From assembly GCF_018350175.1 (NCBI RefSeq), contig NC_058382.1, forward strand, positions 51,090,001 to 51,154,000: DNA of 64,000 nt. The letters are read 5' to 3'. A model generated the notes under the pieces. The model was not told the DNA's origin. It was given only the letters and a program-made list of their open reading frames with translations, and made no database searches. Source of the stretch: Felis catus. Taxonomy: Eukaryota. Numbering within the stretch: the first letter of the stretch is position 1; each line of letters begins with the position of its first letter. Shown here piece after piece: positions 25,183-36,482 of this stretch. A program made the translations under genes and the position numbers.

Positions 25183-26220
25183 GCCAACATGGCGGAGAAG
25201 CAGGGGGAATCCATGCATCCGGCGTCTCTCAAACAAAGAAGTGTGGAAGCCAAATGACTTTGAACACCAGAGCCTGGCAGGAAGAGAGACCGCATCTACT
25301 AGGAAGAAAATGGGAAAGCTGAAAAAGAGATAGGTGGGTAATGACAAACTAGGGGAGATAAAAAAAAAGACTGCGTGGGCACAGAGGGGAGGGACCCCCT
25401 TCTGCGGAGAGACGAAGGGAAGAGAAAGAGCGGCTAGGAAAGGGCAGGACCGTAGCTGGACAGGAGAAACACCTCGGACTGAGACTGAGAGGGATCCCAT
25501 CTCTAACTGCGGGGCTTTGTTCGGACAGCGGCCGGCTCCGTGTTCCTGCACCTGGGAGAAGGGGAGCCAGCCCTGGGTGCGGTGGTAGGTCAGGGGCTCA
25601 GTCCGCAGCTGGAGAAAGTGGATCCCTCCCTGGAGGGCTGTGCGATAGCTCAGAACCTGCCTGTGTCCGCCACCCCCGGGCACGGTGGCTGGGCCCAGGG
25701 CGCAGTCCCCAGGAGGCAAGGCGGCCGTTTCCCTGGAGTGCTGTGGGAAAAGACAAAGCCTGCCTGCATCCGCCACCCTGGGGGGATCTTGGCAAGGGCA
25801 GTGGCTCTCAGTCCGCAAAGGAGAAGTCGGCTGTCCCCTGAAGTGCGGCGGCACAGACAAAGCCAAAGCCAGCCAGGACCACATATCACCGCACTGAGAG
25901 GCGTTTCCCCAGCACCAGAGTGCAAGAAGCGGGACTTTGAATCCTAGCCAAATGCAGGGTAAGGGGAGTTGGTGGAGCAAGAAAGACCGCCTGCGGCACA
26001 GTGAAGACGACTCAAATGGAGTCCACCGGGTCCGGCTCTATGGAGAACAGACTGGGAGATTACCATCGCCCCCACCCCCACCCCCACCCCCACCCCCACC
26101 AAGGCGGGGCCTCAGGGATCACTCCCCAGGCCCTTAGTGGAGGTGGGTTCAGAATACGCCAAACCACGACCCCTCGCACTGGGTAACTGCGTATCCACCT
26201 GATTCACACAGACCCTGCGG
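25183..26220 (+). promoter_or_regulatory. L1 internal promoter / CpG-rich 5'UTR
   Basis: YY1 consensus (reverse ccgccatgtt) at ~25186-25195; high GC and CpG retention; (CCCCAC)n tract at ~26070-26100. Confidence 0.7.
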
Positions 26221-26968
26221 GCAGCTCCTCCCGACAAGCTCTGCAGCATTACCTGGATTAACTCTAGGTCAATTCTGGATACATAGATATATTCTCCCCG
26301 CCCCCCATTTCCCCTGCTTATCCCTCTTTCCTCCGGTAGGCTGGTTACTTGGCTACTGGTCTAAACAGACGTGCTTAATCCGTCGTCTTGATACATGTTC
26401 TACACCTCCTTCTTTACACTCCTTTCTCTCTCTCTGGAATAATCAAGCCATATAGTTTCTCTGGGTAATTTTATCTTCATTTCGTCTTCCCCGCCTCGTT
26501 CCTTATTTTCGTTTCTCTGTCTCTGGATTAAGCCTTTCAATCTCTCTGCCTAATCAATGTTTACTTTTTCTCCCTGCTCCTGCCCCCCACTCCTGTCATT
26601 TCTCTCTTTGTATGTGCTCTTCCATCAGCACCGTCTCCACCCTCTTCTTTACTTGTACTCGGTGTTTTTGCATTTTTTGTTTTTAGTTTTTTGTTTTTGT
26701 TTGTTACTTGTTTTTGTGCTTGCATGTTTTCATCTCCTGTTGGCCTGTTTTCCTCTCCAGAGCTACTCCAAGGAACAAATCAAAGCAAAGGGTAGGGTAA
26801 CAAAATTACCAAAGTCACAACACAGAGAGCAAGTAACAATCCCCCAAAAAAACACTTCCAGAAGGGCCAGGCCCTGCACAGCGTATGACCCTGCTTTAAT
26901 ATAGCAGAGCTCGCAGGTGCAAAGCACACAAGCTTTTAAAACGCATAAGGGACAGAAAACTAGCCAAA

Positions 26969-27910
26969 ATGACGAAACGGAAGAATTCTCCTCAAAAGAC
27001 ATTCCAGGAAGTAGTGACAGCTAATGAACTGATCAAAATCCATTTAAGCGATATAACAGAACAAGAATTTAAAATAATAGTCATAAAATTAATCACTGGG
27101 CTTGATAAAAGCATAGAGGAAGCAGAGAATCTATTTCTACAGAGATCAAGGGACTAAAAACTAGTCATGATGAATTAAAAAATGCTATAAATGAGGTGCA
27201 AAATAAAATGGAGGCGGCCACAGTGTGAACCGAAGAGGCAGAGGAGAGAATAGGTGAACTAGAAGATAAAATTATGGAAAAACAGGAAGCTGAGAAAAAG
27301 AGAGATAAAAAAAATCCTCGAGTATGAGGGGAGAAATAGAGAACTAAGTGATGCAATCAAACGGAACAATATCCGTATAATAGGTTTTCCAGAAGAGGAA
27401 GAAAGAGAGAAAGGGGCTGAAGGTGTACTTGAACAAATCATAGCTGAGAACTTCCTTGATCTGGGGAAGGAAACAGGCATTGAAATCCAAGAGGCACAGA
27501 GAACTCCCTTCAGACATAACTTGAATCGATCTTCTGCACGACATATCATAGTGAAACTGGCAAAATACAAGGATAAAGAGAAAATTCTGAAAGCAGCTAG
27601 GGATAAACACGCTCTAACTTATAAAGGGAGACCCATATGGCAGGCCAGAAAGGAATGGCAGGAAATCTTCAATGTGATGCACAGAAAAAATATGCAGCCG
27701 AGAATCCTTTATCCAGCAAATCTGTCATTCAGAATAGAAAAAGAGATAAAGATCTTCCCAAAAAAAACAAAAACTGAAGGAAATCATCACCACTAAACCA
27801 GCCCTACAAGAGATCCTAAGGGGGATTCTGTGAGTGAAATGTTACAAGGACCACAAAGTACCAGAGACATCACTACAAGCATGAAACCTACAGACATCAC
27901 AATGACTCTA
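26969..27910 (+). pseudogene. L1 ORF1p, frameshifted/stopped
   Basis: MTKRKNSPQK start; RHIIVKLAKYKDKEKILKAARDK; MQPRILYPANLSFRIE; multiple frame breaks; 3' end approximate. Confidence 0.92.
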
Positions 27911-30900
27911 AACCTGTATCTTTCAATACTAACACTGAATGTAAATGGACTACATGCTCTCACCAAAATACATAGGGAATCAGAATGGATAAAAAAAAAA
28001 AGACCCATCTATTTGCTGTCTACAAGAGACTCCTTTCAGACCTGAAGAGACCTTCATATTGAAAGTGAGGGGATGGAGAACTATCTATCATGCTATTGGA
28101 AGTCAAAATAAAGCTGGAGTAGCCATACTTATATCAGACAAACTAGACTTTAAACTAAAGGCTGTAACAAGAGATGAAGAAGGGCATTATATAATAATCA
28201 CAGGGTCTATCCATCAGGAAGAGCTAACAATTATAAATGTCTATGCGCCGAACACAGGAGCCCCCAAATACATAAAACAATCACAAACATAAACAACCTT
28301 ATTGACAAGAATGTGGTAATTGAAGGGGACTTTAGTACTCCACTTACAACAATGGATAGATCATCTAGACACACGGTCAATAAAGAAACAAGGGCCCTGA
28401 ATGATACATTGGATCAGATGGACTTGACAGATATATTTAGAACTCTGCATCCCAAAGCAACAGAATATACGTTCTTCTCGAGTGCACATGGAACATTCTC
28501 CAAGATAGATCACATACTGGGTCACAAAACAGCCCTCTGTAAGTATAAAAGAACTGAGATCATACCATGCACACTTTCAGACCACAATTCTATGAAACTT
28601 GAAATCAATCACAGGAAAAAGTCTGGAAAACCTCCAAAAGCATGGAGGTTAAAGAACACCCTACTTAAGAATGAATGGGTCAACCAGGCAATTAGAGAAG
28701 AAATTTAAAAATATATGGAAACAAATGAAAATGAAAATACAACAACCCAAATGCTTTGGGACGCAGCGAAGGCAGTCCTGAGAGGAAAATACACTGCAAT
28801 CCAGGCCTATCTCAAGAAACAAGAAAAATCCCAAATACAAAATCTAACAGCACACCTAAAGGAAACAGAAGCACAACAGCAAAGACACTCCAAACCCAGC
28901 AGAAGAAGAAAAATAATAAAGATCAGAGCAGAAATAAACAATATAGAATCTAAAAAAACCATAGAGCAGATCAATGAAACCAAGAGTTGGTTTTGTGAAA
29001 AAATAAACAAAATAAGGGGCGCCTGGGTGGCTCAGTCGGTTAAGTGTCAGACTTCGGCTCAGGTCATGAACTCACGGTTTGTGGGTTCAAGCCCCGTGTC
29101 GGGCTCTGTGCTGACAGCTTGGAGCCTGCTTCGGGTTATGCATCTCCCTCTCTCTCTATGCCCCTCCCCTGCTCACGCTCTGTCTCCCTCTGTCTCTCAA
29201 AAATACATAAATATTTTTTTAAAAATTTTAAATAATAAATAAATAAATAAATAACAAAATTGATAAACCTCTAGCCAGGCTTCTCAAAAAGAAAAGGGAG
29301 ATGACCCAAATAAATAAAATCATGAATGAAAATGGAATTATTGCAACCAATCCCTCAGAAATACAAGTAATTATCAGGGAATACTATGAAAAATGATATG
29401 TCAACAAATTAGACAACCTGGAAGAAATGGACAAATTCCTAAGCACCCACACACTTCCAAAACTCAAACAGGAAGAAATCAAAAACTTGAACAGACCCAT
29501 AACCAGTGAAGAAATTGAATCAGTTATCAAAAATCTCCCAACAAAGAAGAGTCCAGGACCAGATGGCTTCCCTGGGGAATTCTACCAGACATTTAAAGCA
29601 GAGATAATACCTATCCTTCTCAAGCTGTTCCAAAAAATAGAAAGGGAAGGAAAACTTCCAGACTCATTCCAAGAAGCCAGCATTACGTTGACTCCTAAAC
29701 CAGAGACCCAGCAAAAAAAGAGAACTACAGGCCAATATCCCTGATGAATATGGATGCAAAAATTCTCAACAAGATACTAGCAAATTGAATTCAACGTTAT
29801 ATAAAAAGAAGTATTCACCATGATCAGTTGGGATTCATTCCTGGGCTGCAGGGCTGGTTCAATATTCACAAATCAATCAATGTGATACATCATATTAATA
29901 AAAGAAAAGATAAGAACCATCCTGTCATTGATGCAGAAAAAGCATTTGACAAAATTCAGCATCCTCTCTTAATAAAAACCCTCGAGAAAGTCGGGATAGA
30001 AGGAACATACCTAAACATCATAAAAGCCATTTATGAAAAGCCCACAGCTAATATCATTCTCAATGGGGAAAATCTGAGAGCTTTCCCCCGGAGATCAGGA
30101 ACACAACAGGGATGTCCACTCTCACTGATGTTGTTTAACATAGTGTTGGAAGTTCTAGCATCAGCAGACGACAAAAGGAAATCAAAAGCATCAAAATCGG
30201 CAAAGATGAAGTCAAGCTTTCACTTTTTGCAGATGACATGATATTATACACGGAAAGCTGACAGGCTCCACCAAAAGTCTGCTAGAACTGATACATGAAT
30301 TCAGCAAAGTTGCAGGATACAAAATTAATGTACAGAAATCAGTTGCATTGTTATATATGAACAATGAAGCAACAGAAAGACAAAGAAACTGATCCCATTC
30401 ACAACTGCACCAAGAATCATAAAATACCTAGGAATAAACCTAATCAAAGATGTAAAAGATCTATATGCTGAAAACTATAGAAAGCTTATGAAGGAAATTG
30501 AAGAAGATACAAAGAAATGGAAAAACATTCCATGCTCATGGAATGGAAGAATAAATATTGTTAAAATGTCAATACTACTCAAAACAATCTACACGTTCAA
30601 TGAAATCCAAATCAAAATTGTACCAGTATTCTTCTCAAACCCAGAACAAGCAATCCTAAAATTTGTATGGAACCACAAAAGGCCCTGAATAGCCAAAGTA
30701 CTTTTGAAGGAGAAGACCAAAGCGGGAGGCATCACAATCCAGACTTTAGCCTCTACTACAAAGCTGTAATCATCAAGACAGCATGGTATTGGCACAAAAA
30801 CAGACACATAGACCAATGGAATAGAATAGAGACTGAAGAATTAGACCCACAAAAGTATGGCCAACTAATCTTTGATAAAGACTGGAAAAAAGACAGTCTC

Positions 30901-31922
30901 TTTAACAAATGGTGCTGGGAGAACTGGACAGCAACCGGCAGGAGAATGAAACTAGACCACTTTCTTACACCATTCACAAAAATAAACTCCAAATGGATGA
31001 ATGTGAGACAGGAAACCATCAAAACCCTAGAGGAGAAAGCAGGAAAAAAAACCTCTCTACCTCAGCCGCAGCAATTTCCTACTTGACACATCTCCAAAGG
31101 CAAGGGAATTAAAAGCAAAAATGACCTACTGGGACCTCATGAAGATAAAAAGATTCTGCACTGCAAAGGAAACAATCAACAAAACTAAAAGGCAACCACC
31201 GGAATGGGAAAAGGTATTTGCAAATGACATATCGGATAAAGGGCTAGATCCAAAATCTATAAAGAACTCACCAAACTCCACACCCGAAAAACAATCCAGT
31301 GATGAAATGGGCAGAAGACATGAATGGACACTTCTCTAAAGAAGATATCCAGATGGCTAACAGGCACATGAAAAGATGCTCAACGTCGCTCCTCATCAGG
31401 GAAATACAAATCAATACCACACTCAGACACCACCTCACGCCAGTCAGAGTGGCTAAAATGAACAAATCAGGAGACTAGAGATGCTGGAGAGGACATGAAG
31501 AAACGGGAACCCTCTTGCACTGTTGGTAGGAATGCAAACTGGTACAGCCACTCTGGAAAACAGTGTGGAGGTTCCTCAGAAAATTAAAAATAGATCTACC
31601 CTATGACCCAGAAATAGCACTGCTAGGAATTTACCCAAGGGATACAGGAGTGCTGATGCATAGGGGCACTTGTACCCCAATGTTAATAGCAGCACTTTCA
31701 ACAATAGCCAAATTATGGAAAGAGCCTAAATGTCCATCAACTGACGAATGGATAAAGAAGATATGGTTTATATATACAATGGAATACTGCTTGGCAATGA
31801 GAAAGAATGAAATCTGGCCTTTTGTAGCAACGTGGATGGAACCGGAGAGTGTTATGCTAAATGAAATAAGTCAGGCAGAGAAAGACAGATACCATACGTT
31901 TTCATTCATATGTGGATCCTGA
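27902..31922 (+). pseudogene. L1 ORF2p (APE endonuclease + reverse transcriptase), disrupted
   Basis: TLNVNGL, INVYAP, GDF, SKIDH, SDHN (endonuclease); [27 protein letters not shown] at ~30223-30240 (RT); stops, frameshifts and a SINE insertion. Confidence 0.96.
29016..29250 (+). mobile_element. Can-SINE inserted in L1 ORF2
   Basis: SINE head; (taaa)n tail; duplicated aata(a)acaaaat; ORF2 resumes as aaaattgataaacctcta. Confidence 0.96.
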
Positions 31923-32178
31923 GAAACTTAACAGAAGACCAGGGGGGAGGTGAAGGGAGAAAAACAAAAGTTACAAAGAGGAAAGGAGGCAAACCATAAG
32001 ACTCTTAAAAACCGAGAATAAACTGAGGGTTGAGGGGGATGGGAGGGAGGGGAAAGTGGGTGATGGCACCTGTTGGGATGAGCACTGGGTGGTGTATGGA
32101 AACCAGTTTGACAATAAATTTCATATTTAAAAAAATTAAATAAAAAATAAACCATTCCCTTACAAAGAGAAAAAAAAA

Positions 32179-32460
32179 GCATAAAATTTTGCCATTTGCA
32201 GTAATGCCGATGAAGCTAGAGACTATAATGCTAAACAAAGTAAGTCAGAGAAAAGACAAATATATTATTTCACTCACATGTGGAATTTAAGAAAGAAAAC
32301 AAATGAGCACAGGAAAAAAGAGAGAGAGACGAAGGCAAACCAGAAACAGACCCTTAATTACAGAGAACAAACTGATGGTGACCAGGGGGAAGGGAGGGAT
32401 GGAGGAAATGGGGGACAGGGATAAAAGAGTGCACTTAAGATGAAAAAATAAAATAAAATG
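32179..32460 (+). mobile_element. Right part of the older carnivore L1 3' end
   Basis: cactcacatgtggaatttaagaaa; gagaacaaactgatggtgaccag; A-rich tail. Confidence 0.88.
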
Positions 32461-32549
32461 ATTTTTAAAAGTTAAGAATTCAAAAAGAATTTCAAAGCTA
32501 AAAAAAATAATAAAAATAGCCTAAAATCATAAAAATAATCAATGGCGGG

Positions 32550-33070
32550 GAGGCTTTTCTAGATCTCTGTTTCAAAGGAAGGAATCCAACTCATACTTGC
32601 TTATGAACAGAACAACAAAAAAGTAATGTAATGGCTCCAGGTCCCTGAAAAGTCCAGAGGTGGACCCGTCTTTGGCACAGTGCGCACAGTGCCATCAGGA
32701 CCGGTCTATGCTCTCCCGTGTCAGCTTCCTTCTCCAGCATGATCTCCTCAGGCAGCACTCCTGGCGGACCCTATAGACACATACCCAGTTAGCAACCGCA
32801 GAACTGAAACCCAGTGACTTGAGTAAAATCCCGGGATCAGCTCTATTGGCTGGGTTTGGGTCATACGTCCTTCCCGGACCTATCGCTGCAGCCAGGACGT
32901 TTTGGTGCTTGAGGGCCAGGCCTGAATCACATGACTCACTCCCCCTGGAGACAGGAGACAGAGTCATCTCCGTCCAAGCCGCTTTTACTGAGGGACCTGG
33001 GCACTGCCCCAAATAAATCTAGACGCAATTATCAGAAGAAGGGGTGGGTCCTGGGCTTGACAACCAAATC
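32550..33070 (-). mobile_element. Old MaLR LTR (MLT1J/K-like)
   Basis: ctctattggctgggtttgggtcat and ggccaggcctgaatcacatg resemble reverse-complement MLT1J/K/L. Confidence 0.55.
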
Positions 33071-33249
33071 TGCAGTCCTGTTTACCAGGCGGAAGGTTAC
33101 AGCTGCCAGGTTTGATCACAGGGCCACACTTGGAGGGCATGAACGGTAAGGCCCATTGACGCACACGTCCCCAAAGCAGTAGGCACTGGGTAGACACTTG
33201 CATTCACGGGTGGTCTTGGTGGGGGGCAGATGCAAGAATAAATAAAAAT

Positions 33250-33485
33250 AGCATAGTGGATAAGCAGATGGGCTCTGAAGTTAGAGACCTAGATTTGAAT
33301 CTACCTGGGTTTACTGTTTACTATTTTTTTCTGACTCTCAGTTTCTTTTGAAAACTAGGTTAATACAGGAGTAGTGTCTACCTCCCAAAATTCTTGTGAG
33401 AATTAAATGGAATAACCTGCATAAAGGATTTAGCTGTGTTCTCAGAACACAGTAAGTGTTCAATGAATGTCTGCTATTATTATAG
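33250..33485 (+). mobile_element. MIR SINE
   Basis: gggctctgaagttagagacctagatttgaatc...ctcagtttc...tgtgagaattaaatg...acacagtaagtgttcaatgaatg. Confidence 0.8.
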
Positions 33486-34139
33486 TGGTCTGGGGGCTTT
33501 GTTTCATGCACAAAACATTCACTAAGACAGAATGTATCCTGGGTCATAAAAGACACGGAGACAAACCCAAAAGAACTGAAATCATACAAAGTATTTTCTC
33601 TGACCATAAATGAATTAATCTAGGAATTGAGAGAAATATAAACAGAAGAGTATACAAATTTGGAAATTAAAGAACATATATACAGTTAATCCATATGTGA
33701 AAGGGCAAATCTCCAGAATCTTAGAAAACATTTCAAACTGAATGAAAATGAAAATACAGGATACCTAAATTTGTGGGATGCAGCTAAAGCAGTCCTTGGA
33801 GGGTAATTTTGTGCATTAAGTGTTCTCATTAAAAAAAGGTACCAAATCAATAATCCAAGATATTAAAAAAGGAGAACAAAACAGAACTGAAGCAAATAAA
33901 AAACATGGAAATTTTAAAGAGAGCAGAAACAAAATTAAGAACAGATAAATAAAATTAAAAGCTTGTTCTTTAAATAGATCAATAAAATTGAGAGAGCTCC
34001 TGCAATAAGACTGATGGAGAGAGAGAGGGTGAAGATGAATTATCAATATCAGGAAAAAAATTAACAATTTTTGAGATATTAAAATAATCAATTAAAAACT
34101 GAAAATTATCAATGTCGGGAAGGACAAAGTCTTTTCTGC

Positions 34140-34346
34140 TTTAGTTTTTTAATGTCTATTTTGAAAGAGAGAGAGATAAAGAGCAAGCAGGAGAGGGACA
34201 GAGAGAGAGAGAGAGACAGAGACAGAGAGAGACAGAGAAACACAAGCAGGCTTCATACTGTCAGCACAGAGCCCAACTGGGGGCTCAATCCCACAAACCG
34301 TGAGATCATGACCTGAGCTGAGATCAAAAGTCGGACACTTAACCAA
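34140..34346 (-). mobile_element. Can-SINE (head truncated)
   Basis: GA tract; gagatcatgacctgagctgagatcaaaagtcgg. Confidence 0.92.
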
Positions 34347-34398
34347 CAAACCAATTAAAGTTTCTTTTAATTGAATTCACATTTAAATCAAGAAAACT

Positions 34399-34534
34399 GG
34401 GGCGCCTGGCTGGCTCAGTCAGCAGAGCATGCAACTCTCTATCTCAGGGTCATGAGTTCAAGCCCCACATGAGCGTGGTGCCTAGTTAAAAAAAATTTTT
34501 TTTAAAGAATACTTAATCAATCAATCAATCAATC
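34399..34534 (+). mobile_element. Short Can-SINE variant lacking the CT tract, with an (AATC)n tail
   Basis: ggggcgcctggctggctcagtc...gagttcaagcccc; TSD aatca(a/t)gaaaact. Confidence 0.88.
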
Positions 34535-36239
34535 AATCATGAAAACTCCAGGCCCAGGTGGTTTCACTGGCAAATTTTACCAAATATCAAAGAAGAAACA
34601 GGATGAATTCTACACAACTTTTTCTACGAAAATAAGAGACGAGGTACTTCCAAAGCCATTTCATCATGTGGACATTACAAGTATTAGCTTCATACAGAAC
34701 CAGTACAAAAAAAAGAAAACTAGAGACCAATACTGCTCATGAGCACAGGTGCAAGAATCCTCAAAAACAGTTATCAAATAAAAGCCATATATACATGTCA
34801 GGACAAAGACAAAGATGACCGGTACAGACAGGGTAATAATGAATTACATCCCTGATACATAACTTATTTTATTTCACTCTTGCAATAAGCAGGTGAGGTA
34901 GCCTTTCTTACAGCCATTTAAAAGACAAGAAAACTCGAATACTTGTCACTTAAGTGATGTGTGTCACACAGTGTGGCCTAGGACTGGGTTGGGGATCCCA
35001 GGACCCACAGATTCTTGTCTGCATCACATCACAGTTTTGCTATAACCACACAGCTTTCGGTCATCTGGCAGTGATCCACAGGGCACTGGAGGAGGAACGG
35101 AGGAGGGTTTCCTACACGACAGGCTCCTGAGCGACCGCTTCGTGGCCTCAGACCAGAAGAGCCACACAGATGTGTTAGAGGAATCGCAGCTTACTCTTTT
35201 GGGACAATTTGGCATTGGTGCACACACAATGGTCCCGGGGGGGCCTGAAAGAGTTAATGCACACACACCCCACCCTCCATGAGTTTGAAAAAAGAGCAAA
35301 CACGCATTAATTGTCTTTTGCCTCTGAAATTCATTATTTAAATCTGAAGTAGATTCATTATAAAAATTGTTTTATTAAAGTATAACATTAGGGCTACCAG
35401 CTCTAATTTTCCTTGATAGGTCTTGATGTGAATTTTGGAATCACAAGATGTAAGTAATAAAGAAAACATCATATGGTCTTCCAGAAAAAAAAAGGTGAGG
35501 CAATGTTGGGGCTAATTTTGTGATATCCATCTTTAACAGTGTTGGAGCTACTCACTCTGTAAAGAACTCCATGGGACTTTTTTTTTTTTTCCCTTTTGAT
35601 GTGGACCGTTTCATTCTGTGCTCCTTTTTCCAACTCAGTGTATTTTATAATGATATCCATCATGTCTGTTTGTCAGTTTATGGCAGCTTAAAAAATTGCC
35701 TCAAGGCCAGTAATGAGAAGAAATCTTTCCAACTTCCTCTAGATTGTTTTATGTGCTTCACAGTTTTCTGCACCAAATAATAAAAAAAAATAACGTGGCT
35801 TTTGAAACTGTCCTGTACTTGCCTCGGTTTCTTCTCCTTTTAATCTTTTATGGTTTATTTCCATTTGTTTCACTATGTTTATTCTACTATGCTTTTGTTC
35901 ATAATTAACAAGATATAAAAGATCTGAATATATTCTCAAAATGGAAAGTTTTCTAAAGACCTTATTTCAGCGGGCCTTTAATCCAACGTTAAGACAATTA
36001 TCTGGATTTTTATAAACACATACATCTATATATATATTATATATATATACATATATATATCATAGAGATATACATTTATTAACATATAAAATAAGTACAT
36101 ATACATACATATAAATATTATAAATATCTCCTTAACAAGACAGTCCACATTTTAAGAGCTGATGAAATAGAGAAATTTCTATTTCTCTAGAGAAGGGAAG
36201 CTAGAGAAGAGTAGCTGAGTTCTCAAGATACGGCTGGAT

Positions 36240-36429
36240 GGGGCGCCTGGGTGGCTCAGTCAGTTGAGCGTCCAGCTTCGGCTCAGGTCATGATCTCAGG
36301 GTTTGTGAGTTTGAGCCCCGCATCAGGCTCTGTGCTGACAGCTAGGAGCCTGGAGCCTGTTTCAAATTCTGTGTCTCCCTGTCTCTCTGCTCCTCCCCCG
36401 CTTGTGTGCACGCTCTCTCTCTCTCTCTC

Positions 36430-36467
<38 letters not shown>

Positions 36468-36482
36468 AAAAATAAATAAACA
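36240..36482 (+). mobile_element. Can-SINE
   Basis: SINE body with expanded CT tract; TSD tcaagatac(g/t)gctgg at 36223-36237 and 36483-36497. Confidence 0.96.

Larger units (their letters stand above)
25183..32178 (+). mobile_element. Full-length LINE-1 (felid L1_Fc-like), decayed
   Basis: YY1-type aacatggcgg at the 5' end, CpG-rich 5'UTR, ORF1, ORF2, G-rich 3'UTR, A tail; TSD ag(a/c)ataaaat(c/t)ttg near 25169-25182 and 32178-32191. Confidence 0.97.
33505..34790 (+). mobile_element. Old L1M ORF2 fragment interrupted by two SINEs
   Basis: ctaaatttgtgggatgcagctaaagcagt (LWDAAKAV); ccaggcccaggtggtttcactggcaaattttac (PGPGGFTGKFY). Confidence 0.85.
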
